The notes under the pieces: model-generated
What the model was told of the DNA's origin: nothing
Databases searched by the model: none
What the model saw: the letters and a program-made list of their open reading frames with translations, nothing else
Translations under genes and position numbers: made by a program
NCBI GenBank assembly: GCA_026026165.1
Contig: JAPEUD010000047.1
Location: 62,001 to 126,000 of the forward strand
From: Sarea resinae
Taxonomy: Eukaryota
DNA length: 64,000 bases
Direction of reading: 5' to 3'
Part shown: positions 12,282 to 25,581 of the stretch, in pieces
Layout of the letters: each line of letters begins with the position of its first letter
Numbering within the stretch: position 1 is the stretch's first letter

Positions 12282-14101
12282 ATGCCGCCCATGAAAGTTG
12301 CCGACGGGCTCTGGCGCTGTCTTTGTCCATCCTTTGATGCTTCGAGGGCCAGCAATGTCTCATCTCTATCCCTGCTTGCCCTGAATCAGACACCTTATCG
12401 AGCTCCTCCGAGAAATGCCATACGGCGCTGCAGAACAAGAGGCCGGAGACCATACGGCAGCGCAGCAATTGCCGAACGCATCCAGGTTGAAGATGAAGAC
12501 AGCCCTTCTTCCCACTCTTCGTCTTCTAGTCCAGAGTCACACAGGGTCTTATCTTCGCTTTCAATCGAAGGTTTGTATGAGAGGCTTCGAGTTAAGGCGC
12601 CGCATGGCCAGCAGGATCAAATCTGGCGGATTGTCCGCCACCTTCTACAAGAACGCCATGAAGCTCCGAATCTCCGAATGTACACAGCATTGATCTTGTC
12701 TAATTGTGATGCAAAGACTGGCATGGCAAGCATGGTTGCGGCTCAATTGAGAGAGATGAAAACGGAAGGAATCATCGCTGATTCTGGCATATACCATGCT
12801 GCTCTAAAGGTATTTTCTGATATTTGATATCCTCAGGGACTACGTATCTAAAATTGTGTGCTTCAGGCATTGTCTGTCCATCCCGATTACCTTTTGCGCA
12901 ATGCGATACTTGAGGAGATGCGTCAAAGATGGTTTAGCCTCACAAAGAACGGATGGCACGATGTCATTGCGGGCCTTCTCCGCGAAAGACAGTTTGAAAT
13001 GGCAATTCTCAAGCTTGAGAGCATGCAACGTGAAGGTGTGGAGGTATACGGCTGGCTTTACAACTTGTTCATATACACGCTTTGTGAGGAGTCGGAAATC
13101 GAAGATGCACTGGAAATATTGAAGCATGTAGTCTCTCAGAAAGGACACAGAATATCATCCACACTGTTGTGCTATTTTCTCGACACCGCAAGCCGGTCAC
13201 TACATGTAAGATTACTTTTCCTTTGACGACTCTTACTAAAACCTCGCAGTATCAAGCCTCTCGCTATGCCTGGAAAAGGCTTTTGGAAACCTCCGCCCTC
13301 AACATACCGTCGGGCATCGCCCTCAATATACTAATTACCGCTTCTAAGGTTGGAGATACACAACTGGCCACGGACGCTTTTCGCCTTTTGGGTACTCGCC
13401 CGGCAGAATTGAGACTCCATCATTACGAGACACTGTTTGACGCTTTCATCAGAGGCGGCGAACTCGAAAATGCGATGGCTTTACTGTGCATGATGCAAGC
13501 AGGCGGATTGCACCCAGATGAAGGGACTACCAGGACTATGTTTCAATATCTACGCGCACATCCGGAAAGGCCAGCTGAAGCATCGCGGATCATGGCTTCC
13601 TTACGGAAAGCGGGACGCGACCTGCCTACGGTAGCGGTAAATTGCGTCATCGAAGCTTCTGTCTACCTTGACGACCTCGCTCAAGCGATCGAAAAATATA
13701 AAGCCCTTCACAAGGTCTGCTCTCAGGGACCAAACGTTATGACCTTCAATATCCTACTTCACGGCTGTAAGGACTCTGGCCGCAAAGATCTTGCCATGTT
13801 CTTAGTGTCGGAGATGCTTGCCATGAAGATCCGTCCTAACATGTTAACGTACGACCGACTACTGCTTGCCTGCTTATCGCAGGATGATTACGAGGATGCC
13901 TTCAGATACTACGAGGAGATGAAAGGACGAGGCCTGGCTCCTCGACCAGGAACTTTCGCGGCGATGGTCCGGAAATGTGCAAGCAAAGGGGATAATAGGG
14001 CATGGAATATGTTGAAAGAGATGGAGGCCAACGGCCTGGACGTGACCAATCTAGGCAGTTGGCTACGTGATCATTGGAAAGGAGAGGGGGTCCTATCTTG
14101 A
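12282..14101 (+). CDS. Pentatricopeptide-repeat (PPR) protein, probably mitochondrial
   Basis: Exons 12282-12809, 12867-13205 and 13250-14101. PPR motifs such as PNVMTFNILLHGC..AMFLVSEMLAMKIRPNMLTYDRLLLAC; Arg/Ser-rich presequence-like N-terminus. Confidence 0.9.
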
Positions 14102-14995
14102 AATAATGGCTGCCATACTCTGGAGATGCGAGGATACTCTAGAGTCTCACCTTGCTGTAGCGTGGCTAGATGTTGCCGAAGAGCCCCCGTATGGCTGCAG
14201 GAGACTGCGTACAACATCTCCGCGTGCGTTTTGTGATACATGGAGCGTGGTAGTACGGCTTGTCCCAAGCCTTTGTAGATGTCCGTGTGCCACAGCAAAC
14301 AGCAACTGGCACGTACAGATAAGGACCATGAGATATCAACAATAATGATGCATACCTAGCAATGAGATGCGTGATACTCGTAGTACTACGTAGTCTAAAC
14401 ATCAGTAGGCACCTTACCTACATAAGGAAAGCACTTCGCGTCATCTGTGCTCTCCATAGGCTGTATCAACAGAGCCCGAATCATGCTTTGCCCCTTGATC
14501 CCCAGCCCTGTCCGATCATCTGTCAGATACATCAGTACCTGCCCTAAGTACGGGAGTTTGGAGTAGTACTGCGGTAGAGAAACCTTTCGAAACTCGTTAA
14601 TTGGGCGAGAATTGATCCTTTAAGAAGTATGCAGTACTTCGATATCTTTAGGGAATCTTGTCTGCAGGTGGCTTCCAATTGTCTACTCCGGAGTACTACT
14701 TTACCTAGTCCTCCCATGACGTCGTCGCTCGCACCCTGAGCTGTGTCGCGCGCATGGCGGTTGTCTGCCAGCCTCATTGCCCTGGATGGAGTGGCTTTCA
14801 TCATTCCCATCACCAACCCATACACCGTCCCAATTAGTTGTTGAACCGCGGGCTGATACAATCAAAGTGCATACCCATCTGGAAACTGCCTGACTCGGAC
14901 ATTCAGTTCGGAACATTCGTCACTCTTTTCTTCACTATCACTGGTCTCCCGTTCGTTGAAAGGTGTTGTCAAGAACAGCAGTCAAGAACAGCAGG

Positions 14996-16888
14996 ATGGT
15001 ATGGCCGCACTCCACTTAACGAGTATCTTCCAGCGGAGATAATCTCCTTTGGTTGAACGTACAACTAACATGATCTCTGTTTTCTCCAGGCCTCACTTCT
15101 TCGACAGATTGTCGCAGGGCCGCGAGCTCGCCATCCAGAGGCGGGACTCGACCTCTGCTACGTGACGGACCACAGTAAATTACCTCTCTATCATGATTCT
15201 GTTGCTGTCTAATTCGGTCCCCAGTCGTTGCCACTTCCGGTCCATCGTCGACTTATCCACAACGAGCCTACCGTAACCCGACGGACGAGCTGGTCAAGTT
15301 TCTCGACTCGAAGCACGCTACGAATTGGGCAATATGGGAATTTCGTGCTGAGGGGACGGGATACCCTGATGAAGAAGTCTACAATCGCATTTGGCATTAT
15401 CCATGGCCTGACCACCACCCCCCGCCCTTTGCATTGATACCACACATCATGGCCTCGATGCGCAATTGGTTGAAAGGTGGCAAGGAAAGAGTGGTCGTCG
15501 TCCACTGTAAAGCAGGGAAGGGTCGTAGCGGCACTGCCGCATGCTCCTATTTAATCAGTGAAGAAGGATGGTCGAAGGAGAAGGCATTACAAAGATTCAG
15601 CGAAAGGAGAATGCGGCCGGGGTTTGGGGCCGGCGTCTCAATACCAAGTCAATTGCGGTGGGTGAACTATGTGGATCGTTGGGCCCAGCATGGAAAGCTA
15701 TACGTCGAGCATCAGGTGGAGATCATGGAGATCCATCTTTGGGGACTAAGAGATGGAGTGAAGGTTGCTATTGAAGGCTACGTAGATGAAGGGAGAGTGA
15801 TAAAAACATTTCACGTTTTCAGCCGGAACGAGAGACAGACCGTCAAGGAAGGGAAAGGGGCGAGCAGCTTTGCCGATCTGGTTTCCGACCTAATGGGTTA
15901 TAACAACAGCGAGAAGAGCTCCAACTCACAATCGAAGTCTCTGTCTCGTCAAGGGACTGGGATCAGCGGCAACAGCTCTGACAATGGCGCGGCAAATTCT
16001 CCGAGCACTTCCTCTCCCACTGCTAGCACTGGACCCTTCAGTGACACCGATAATGGCGGAGATGCCATCTTTCGGCCCAGCAACCGTGTTGTCCTACCTA
16101 GCAACGATATCAACATTGACTTTGAGCGGCGCAACAAAGCAACTTATGGCTGGACGATGGTCACTGCAGTTGCCCATGTATGGTTTAACGCGTTCTTTGA
16201 AGGGAACGGGCCAGAAAACGGTGGCAAGCCAGCGGACTCTGGGGTCTTTGAAATCGATTGGGATAGCATGGACGGTATCAAAGGCAGCAGCCGTAAGGGA
16301 ACACGGGCGTTTGACAAGTTGGCAGTGGTCTGGAAGCTGGTCGATCCTGATGATAGATCTAAGACGGCCGTCATACGTGAGCCCGGGGAAGGAGAAGAGG
16401 TGAAGCAAACGCAAGCGGCAGACTGGAAAGGCGCCAACGACGAGAGTCCTGGGATCGGTAAGGACTTAGGTCTTCGCGCAGAGAATCCCTCGAGTGCGAA
16501 CATTAGCAGAGCGAACAGTATTAAAAACGGGACCTCGACTTCTAATGGCGAGCAGGATGAAGATATCGCGAGCGTGCGTCCTAACGTGCCAAGTGAAGAG
16601 CAAGTTGCTTCTGCGTCACAAGGATCTTCGCATTCATCTGTTACCGGTTCCTCTCCAGGCCAGTCATCAAATCTAGGGACTAATGGAGAGATCGATCGCC
16701 CGAAAATGACTCAGTCGCCCGAGAGCATAAGCCATGATGAGCCCAGTCTTGCGGGCAAAGTCACCGGCGCCAAGCATGTCCTGACGGGTGATTTACCGGA
16801 CGGTAAACCACAAGAGGAGTTGAAGACGGCAAAGGAGCACTCTATAGGCCACCTGAAACGAACGAAGGATACCAGCACAAGCTCCTAG
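14996..16888 (+). CDS. TEP1: PTEN-like phosphoinositide 3-phosphatase
   Basis: Exons 14996-14998, 15090-15174 and 15225-16888. MASLLRQIVAGPRARHPEAGLDLCYVT, WPDHHPPPF and the catalytic VHCKAGKGRSG. Confidence 0.93.
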
Positions 16889-17336
16889 AATCCTCTTTCA
16901 ATGATGGCACATGAAGCGTCCGGATCGGCTCGTCTCCGGCTATCCACGATCTAATTTGATGACTTGCATGAGGCGGGTTTGGGAGAGTATGCATAGCTGG
17001 CGTTGGACACTGGGTTTCATTTCCATTCTTGTGTATTCAAGAGGGTGCCCTCATTCATTACCATGTCGAAGGCATGTGCAAATACAAATAGATCAGTTCA
17101 ATGGTAGACCGCCTACTCATCATTTAAAGTTCCGCTCGGGTGTCTGGCACGATGCATCCGCCACGCCTCAACGCGTCTGGTCGTGCATCGAGGAGCATGC
17201 CCACTGTACAGTTCAGTCTCATCGCTTAAGCCAACGTGCTGCTAGCTTCTCTTTGTGTTCCTTGGCTTGTTTGATAAACAATGGTCTGCATCCTCGCTGC
17301 GGTCAAGATAAATACACATGAGCATCCGAAGGCAGA

Positions 17337-17403
17337 GTGATGAATATGATACGTTCCATAGGTTTGTAGCGTGATGAAATCGTCACCATCTTTCGCAGTA
17401 TGA
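17337..17403 (+). ncRNA. Candidate or degenerate C/D-box snoRNA with an snR39/snR59/U51-like guide
   Basis: GTGATGA at 17337 and 17371. TCACCATCTTTCG (17383-17395) is complementary to the conserved LSU rRNA sequence CGAAAGAUGGUGA. No canonical CTGA D box. Confidence 0.3.
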
Positions 17404-17627
17404 CGGGTACCCTCGCCTTGCGTACCAGCTGGAGGGCAGAGAGTCTCTGGCCAGGGGGAGCACTAGAGCAGCATCGGGTAAAGGGTCGAAGGGTGAAGCG
17501 AGGCGAGACGAACGAGGGGACCAAAGAGGATCGCGTATGCCATCGCGGCCCGCCCGTTTGGGGAGAAACGCGAGGCGGAACAGGGGACCGAGGGGGAGAC
17601 TAAGTCACTTGAGGGAATACCAGGGGG

Positions 17628-17682
17628 CTCCTAAGGGACTCCTAAGGGACTCCTAAGGGACTCCTAAGGGACTCCTATGGGA
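17628..17682. repeat. 11-bp minisatellite (CTCCTAAGGGA)x5
   Basis: Four perfect copies plus one with a single mismatch. Confidence 0.95.
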
Positions 17683-18590
17683 CTACTTTGTACTAAGGGA
17701 CCCAGGAAAGGAGGAGGAGAGCAGGACCCCTAAACGAGTGCAGGTGGGCGGTGGTGGTGGTGGTGGTAGTGGCGTTGCGTGCAGACGTCTCTGCTTTTCT
17801 GATTGTTGATTGTCTCAAGCCCCCCCGTCAACCGTAAACTTGTTCTTTCGTATCATATGCTCCTCGGAAGGAGCACAGAGCACACACTCCGGAGTACTTC
17901 GTCCACGAAAGAGTCAGTGTACGCAAGCTCGACATCAACGACAATAGCCAGCAGCTACTAGCTATTCTATTCGATTCCGCCCCGCTGTTGCAAGCCATCG
18001 CAGTTTTCGTGTTTGCAGACGCTTCCTTGCACCTGAGCGTGATACATACGGTAAGCCATCTTTGGAGGTTGTTGGGGGGCTCGTCGGTCTCGTCGGTCTC
18101 GTCGTTCTTGGTGTTCGACGCTTTCTCGAGAAATTTCCACGGATCCCTGTCGCGACACCCCTTTTCGCTTCGTAACCTCACCTTCACTTCGCACTACCCT
18201 TACACTTCACTTCCTCGTCGTCCGAACTTCAATCTTCCCACCACCCCCATCCAAGGCTCGACCAACATCTCGTTCCCGTACTGACAGATCACTTGCAAGT
18301 GCATCTGTTTGCCAGTACGACTCGTCAAGAGTGCCATTCTTTTTGTTGGCCTTCGACGAAAAGCTTCTGGGAAGAGGTCTTCCTAGTGACTTGGTGCGTA
18401 ATACTCTTCGATTCCATCGTCCCACTCGCCGACGAAGCATCGTTCCTTCTGCTTGAAGACGGCTGGGCTCGCTCTTCTATCTACTTCCGGGCTTCGTGAT
18501 CGTTGATCGTTGCTGATGATGCAATTGCAAGCAGTAGATACTCGCAGTCATTGACTTTACCTGCCTCGTTAGTCTACATCGACCAGCAAA

Positions 18591-20430
18591 ATGGGTGAGT
18601 TACCTACTTCTTTCGGCCTTCTAGGCTCTCTACGAATCCGCCACAATCCATCACAAGACATCATCTGTGCACTTTCACTCCTACGTTCTCGAGCTTGCTC
18701 AGATTGCCATGGCACCGAGCACGTGGTTCCACCACATCTTTTTTGCTCCGAGCCAGGGTAGCAGAGCACCAAGCTTGTCCGCATCCTCATTACTCCGAGA
18801 GTCTTTGAACGTCCTACGTCTTGGATCAAGCTTATATCCAGAAGAAAATGCAGCTAATGGAGGTAATACGATAGCAACGAACGGTGCTCCAGCGGCACCG
18901 ACCAGAGCTTCACCTGCGCCTACGCCTGCGGTTCCTGCCGCTGCGCCCAACGGCAAGCCTGTATCTCCTCATGTTGAGCGCAGCAACCCCATCTCCAATG
19001 GCCAAGGCGCACCAGCCCCACAAACTGTGGCCTCAAAAGACCCTAAGGCGGCTGCTCTAGCTGCCAGCGATATGAGGAACATTGTGAGGAGAAAGCTGAC
19101 CGGATACGTTGGTTTTGCCAACCTCCCCAATCAATGGCATCGCAAGAGTGTGAGGAAGGGATTTAACTTCAACGTGATGGTTGTTGGTATGATATAAACC
19201 TCTGCCGACGAAGTCCAAGTGGCGCCCACCTAGGACTCGTGCTACATTAGCTGTCTCATTCTAACGATCGATGCAGGTGAATCTGGCCTCGGAAAGTCTA
19301 CTCTTGTCAACACCCTCTTCAACACTTCCCTCTATCCGCCAAAGGAGCGCAAGGGCCCTAGCCTCGACATCATTCCCAAGACCGTGTCCATCCAATCCAT
19401 CAGTGCCGATATCGAAGAGAATGGTGTTCGTCTTCGTTTGACAGTTGTCGATACGCCCGGTTTCGGTGACTTCGTCAACAACGATGATTCGTGGCGCCCC
19501 ATTGTCGAGAACATCGAGCAGCGCTTTGACGCCTACCTGGATGCGGAGAACAAGGTCAATCGCATGAACATCGTTGACAACCGTGTTCACGCCTGCGTTT
19601 ACTTCATTCAACCCACGGGACACTCGTTGAAGCCTCTTGACATTGAAGTCATGCGCCGCCTACACACCAAAGTCAACCTCATTCCAGTCATCGCAAAGGC
19701 TGATACTTTGACCGATGATGAGATCGCGGCTTTCAAGCAAAGAGTACGTGTACTTGAATATCATTGCTGGTTCAAACGCTAATAAGATACCCAGATCCTC
19801 GCAGATATCCATTACCACTCAATCCAAATTTTTGAAGGTCCCCGCTACGAGCTTGACGATGAGGAGACTATCGCCGAGAATAACGAGATCATGTCCAAGG
19901 TTCCGTTTGCAGTGGTCGGCGCCAATAGCGAAGTGACTAGCACAGAAGGCCGTAAGGTTCGTGGTCGTCAATACCCGTGGGGTATCATCGAAGTCGACAA
20001 TGAAGAGCACTGCGACTTCGTCAAGCTTCGGCAAATGCTCATCCGAACCCACATGGAGGAGCTCAAGGAACACACCAACAATGCTCTGTATGAGAATTAC
20101 AGATCTGACAAGCTTACTGCTATGGGTGTTGCGCAAGATCCTAGCGTGTTCAAGGAGGTGAACCCGGCCGTCAAGCAAGAAGAGGAGCGTACCCTGCACG
20201 AACAGAAGCTTGCTAAGATGGAGGCTGAGATGAAGATGGTCTTCCAACAGAAGGTTCAGGAGAAGGAGAGCAAGTTGAAGCAGAGCGAGGAGGAGCTGCA
20301 CGCGAGACATCGTGAAATGAAGGACCAGCTGGAACGACAGCGGGCTGAGCTTGAGGAAAAGAAGTCGCGTATCGAGAGCGGTAGGCCACTCGAGGAGAAG
20401 GGCAAGAGAAAGGGTTTCTCGCTCCGTTAA
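18591..20430 (+). CDS. CDC3: Septin Cdc3/AspB
   Basis: Exons 18591-18594, 18875-19186, 19277-19743 and 19795-20430. [44 protein letters not shown] and a C-terminal coiled coil ending KRKGFSLR. Confidence 0.96.
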
Positions 20431-23400
20431 ACACGCCGAGAGTAGATGCAAGGACTCAAAAAAATGGCCTCCTCCGACCGACAACCACATTTCCCACCCA
20501 CCAACCGGACGATCCTTCAAATTTCCTTTCCTCATGCTTACTACTACGAACTTATCTCCTTTCGATTAATCCTTTTGTTTCCGCCAGACCGGATGCTGCT
20601 GGAAACGTATAATATGAGGGTGCGCCGAGGGGCTGTATGCTTTGTGAATAGCCTCTTGGGAGTCTCAGTCACCTTTTTTGGCCTGGTTCATCCTCTCGCC
20701 TCGCCGGCCTACTTGCTTGCTATGAGCTTTCTTCGGCCCAAGGAGACGTGATTCGGTCATCGGGGGGCTTTCCCATTCCAGGCACCAGCCAATTGCTGTC
20801 AAATTGCTTCCAATCTTGTATTACGAAAAACAGGTTCTTCCGCGCGCTCCTTTTTAGCTCTCTTGATTCCCTTTTGTTTGCTTCTGTGTTGTCCATGGCT
20901 GTCTCTGCCTCGTTTGGATGTACGCAGCGATTATGTACGGCATTTTAAGCGTTTTTCCTTAGACCCGACTCTCGTGACTGGTGCGTGTTTGCTTGGCTGT
21001 GATGAGATCGATCATGACGATGTACGTGTTTGCATGTGTAAGGTATGTTTGTGTCTGAAACGCCAGCCCGGCCCGTCCCGCCTGCCCGCCTCATAGGCAA
21101 ATCTCGTTCATGAGAAGTAAAGACTCGGCCTCTCCTGGTAAGCCTGACATGGCCCATGCCCCATGCCCCGTACCCCGTACCCATATCCCGCTTCTAATCA
21201 TTCAACTGGTCGGAAAGGTAAAATGTAAGGATATGGGATCCGAATGGACCGCCAGAGATCCGATGTTTCTCTCTCTGTAGAACTTCTACAATTGTCCGGA
21301 TCTAGAACGAGTCTGTTTATCATCCTCCACCTACATACCTTAGGTTGAACCGTCATGGATTCAACTTGGGCCTGCTCGGATATCTCCGATGCATATGTAC
21401 GAGTATGTAGGATCGATGCCACAACGACGTGGATGAAGCAAGCACACGGCAAGCAGGACTAGCGTTCAGGCAAGGACTATCCAAGGTGTCCGTGCGGATA
21501 TCGAATCGCAAGGCGAGGGCTGTGGCCCTTGGATGATCGAGCAGAGTCATGGAATTCCCAGCTGGAGGTTCTCACTCGGATCCCTCCCGTACCCTTGCAC
21601 TCGGATCGATTTCGGCCACATGTTGAGAGTGGATATTTCCCGGAAGAGATCCATCAGCTCGTGGGGCAGGCCGGGGCGCATTAATGGGGGCCCCGCCATC
21701 TACAGTACTACGTAGTAGGCCTCTACGATGGTCATTGCATGATGCGGTGATGCGGTGATGCAGGGTTGCAGCCAGGGCCGATCTGTGATTCCTTTGGCGT
21801 GACTCACTCCTAGTATTGTTCTGTGTCTGGCATCGACCTACGGGACTATTACTCAGGTATTGCGGACTTGTGGAGCTGGAGTCGAGCAACTTTCGATTCG
21901 CAACTCTCGTCCTCTGGACATACCTCGATGTCGGCCTCGGCGAGTCATGACCGGCAAGCCATTGCTGCCGCCCGCCATCGTGCTGACTCTTTTGGACACC
22001 GTGACTTCGAGGGGGTATTGATCTGACAGTAGGTGTATTTCCTTCTGGTGGTTGCATGCAGGGACGTTCGGCACGGATGCAGATGTGCCATGTTCTTGTT
22101 TACAGTCATATCTGTTGTGTCTTTTTGTTCCCTCCAACAGTAGAATTGTTACCGACGCATGTCTCTTTTGGCCAATTGCTCTTTGGCACCACCCGTGTGT
22201 ATATACTAAGTGGACACCGAGTACGCGGTTCCCCACACAAGCTTATACAACAAACGAAAGGCAGTTTGGTCGTGCCTACTGTAGGGTCTGCAAAGGACTA
22301 GAGGTAGCGAGCTCTCCGCGATGACCTCGGGAGCAGGCGACTTCGTGCGCAGTCGTGACTATCGCTCAGGCCGTCAAACCATGGGAAATCCAATCCGCGG
22401 TGCTGGTCGCACAGCATGTATATTAGATATAGTAGCCTAGTAGATACCCATTACCATGGTTTGAGCTCAATTGTTGATATCCAGCATCGACTAGTACTCG
22501 CTCGCCGGTAGACTTTGCACCCGGCCCACGACGACTTCTACGGTTCTCTGGACAAGTTAGGATGCCCTCCAGCTTGCGGAGACGTCCTCGACGAGCCGAA
22601 GGGTGGTTCCCGCTCTGGGTCAGAGGGCTGACGGAGCACTGGCTTGGGACTAGGTAAACATTGATCGTCCATCTCACCCCTCTCCACCATGGCCAAGGTC
22701 CGAAATCAGCTGTTCTTTGCCCCTCCAGCTTCTGGGCCACTGTTGTCTGTTGGTCTCTCCGGAATCTTTTCGGACGGGCAGTGTTTGCATTACTGCATGA
22801 GGTGCCCCTTGATCAAGGCATCAACACCCGCTTGACACGGTGCAACCCTTACCTACTACGTACTGTATGCTGGGCGTTGATCACCTAAGGTTTACCTAAG
22901 CTGGGTAAGGTAAGGTAGTGGGCAAGGCATGGAACTTACCTTGGGGTACGGAGCACATCATTGCCGCCGCCTCCATGGTCTTCTCTCCTCTCATCAGCCG
23001 ATGGAAGACTTGCAGTATGCACCTCAGTACCTATCAGTAGTTGACGAGGGGCTGCTCCCGTCGCCTCCGACACCCTCAATTGATTGCCCCGATAGGCACG
23101 AAGTGCTCAGACTTCACAGTGGTACAGCCACCCAGAAGGCCTTACAGAGTACTGCGCAGTAGACGACATCGCCCCTGTTTCCCCACCAGACGCCCAGACG
23201 GCCGTTTCAACTCTAGACCTGAGGTCCTGGCACTAGCGACACGCCCCGAACCGGGTCCTCAGGACTGATATCTCCAGCGCCATCCTACAACTACGTAGCC
23301 CCACGATCGATCAACCTTCAAGATTCGACAAGGTTTCCCATCAGGGTTGCCCGATAGAGACCCGCTATAACTTCGCAACATCCGTCCTTCCTCCGCCGCT

Positions 23401-23660
23401 TCTAATTTGTCCGTTTCAGATAATCTGCAACCCCCCCGGATCTGAACCCCGAGTAGGCAATCGATGCAACAAATCAGCAGAGGCTACCAACACCGCGCAA
23501 AGATGGCAGTATTCAATCATGGTCCAGGCACTCAGGTGCCGTTGGCCTCACCGGCGAACTACATAAAAGCCCCAGGGCGACTTTCGAGAGCAGCAGCAGC
23601 ATTCAGGATCACATCAAGATCACACACCACACGCAACAGAGATCTAGCACCTTGACCAAC

Positions 23661-25581
23661 ATGTCAGACATTCCCTACGAACCCGTTATCATCATCGGCG
23701 GAGGAGGCTGCGGCCTGTCGCTGTCGTCCTTCCTCTCCAACTATGGAGTTCAACACATCCTTTTTGAGCGTCACGCAGGTACCTCCATTCTACCAAAGGC
23801 CCACTATCTCAATCAGCGGACCATGGAGACCTACCGTACGCATAACATGGTGGACGAGATCGTCGAGAAGGGAGCCCCGTTGAAGAACATGAGCAAGGTT
23901 GCGTGGAAAACCTCGTTGGGTGGCGATGGGCCATTGGATCGCAAGGTTATTCACAAACTCACGTCTTTTGGAGGGGATGAGAATTCTCCCAAGGCAGAGG
24001 CATACAGGTAATTGCTCGACAAGACTCAACTCCTTTGGCTTTTGAAGACATGACTCAACTCATGTTTTGTTTCTACACAGGCGCGATTCGGCCATCAGAT
24101 CCGGCAATATTCCCCTCCTCCGTCTCGAGCCGATCTTGAAGAAAATCGCCGAGCAGCGAAACCCGGGCAAGATTCTCTTCAGCCACACCGTCACCGACCT
24201 AGTCGAGGAGGAAGACTCGGTTCTTGTGACAGTGGAGGATGCTGAAGGGAAGAAGACGACCTACCGTACCGCATACGTTGTTGGCGCCGATGGAGGTAGA
24301 ACCGTTGGCCCCAAGATTGGCGTTGAGATGGAGGGCCCAACCGGCGTCGCTGATATGGTTTCGACTCACTTTACCGCCGACCTCTCCGAGTACTGGGATG
24401 ACCGGTACCTGGTATGCCATTTCATCAACGGATCTGGAAAGACTGTCCTCGAGAGCGGTGCTATCGTTCAGATGGGACCAACGTGGGGAAGGAAATCTGA
24501 GGAATGGACCGTTCACTTTGGCTTCGACTTGAATGACGAGGAGCGTTTCGCGGAGGACAAGCTGGTCCCCCGAATCAAGAAGCTGTTAAACATCCCGGAC
24601 TTGGACATGAAAGTCCATAAGATTAGTCATTGGATCCTTGAGCGAGTTGTTGCCAGCAAGTACCAGCAGGGGCGCTTCTTTGTTGCTGGTGATGCTGCTC
24701 ATCGTCGTCCTCCGACCACCGGTTTAGGTTTGAACACTGCCATCGAAGATGCCCTCAACCTTTCCTGGAAGCTCGCGCTTGTCACCAAAGGCATCGCTAG
24801 TCCTAAGCTCATGGACACGTACGAGCCTGAGAGAAGGCCTATTGGCAAGAGGAACAGCGATTGGGGTCTCTTCACATTCCACAATACGTCTGTTATCAAC
24901 GCGGCTGTCGGCTTGATCCCCGGTCAGACGGAAGCCAACAAGGCACGATTCGACGCCCTCGCTGAGGACAGCGAAGCTGGTCGCAGTTTCCGAGCTGCAG
25001 TTGCGCGCGTTTGCGACACCCAGGATATCGAGTGGTCTGCTCACGACATCGAGCTTGGCTTCCGATACGACGACGGCGTCCTTGTACACGACAATTCGGA
25101 GCCACCAGAGCAAGATCCGCTCGGCCAAGTCTACTACCCCGTTACCCGGCCCGGCCACAGATTGCCCCACGCATGGCTGAATACGGTGGAGAAGGATCTC
25201 TCTACTCACGACATCATCGGACCGAACGACACTTTTGCTCTCATCACCGATGAGGAAGGCGACCAATGGATCAAGGTGGCCAAGGAGATTGCCAAGAAAC
25301 GGGGAATCTCGATCGCGACGGCTCAGATCGGTGAGACGAGGGTACAATATAGAGATCGCGATGACCAGTGGGAGAAGGTCAAGGGTCTCAAGTCTGGTGG
25401 CGCCATCCTTGTTCGCCCGGACAACTTCGTCGCATGGCGATCGATCAAGAGGAGCCGGAAGGACGGCGCCGAGCTTGCCGATGCCATCAGCACCCTTCTC
25501 GATGGCAGCGTTCCGGGAGTCACCAGCGGCCACTCGAATGGAGTCACCAACGGTTCCAACGGTACCAATGGAACTCACTAA
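23661..25581 (+). CDS. FAD-dependent aromatic-ring monooxygenase (2,4-dichlorophenol 6-monooxygenase-like, FAD_binding_3)
   Basis: Exons 23661-24007 and 24081-25581. IIGGGGCG, GADG, AGDAAHRRPPTTGLGLNTAIEDA, PGHRLPHAW and LVRPDNFVAWR. Confidence 0.92.

Noticed and set aside
17628..17682. Telomeric or CRISPR interpretation of the minisatellite
   Set aside because: The unit is not TTAGGG, there are no spacers, and the context is eukaryotic.
10862..18594. ATG-only or ATGG first coding exons in LSM4, TEP1 and CDC3
   Set aside because: Common in fungal genes.
20999..21058. GTGATGA..CTGA pair downstream of the septin gene
   Set aside because: No recognisable rRNA or snRNA antisense element; probably 3' UTR sequence.
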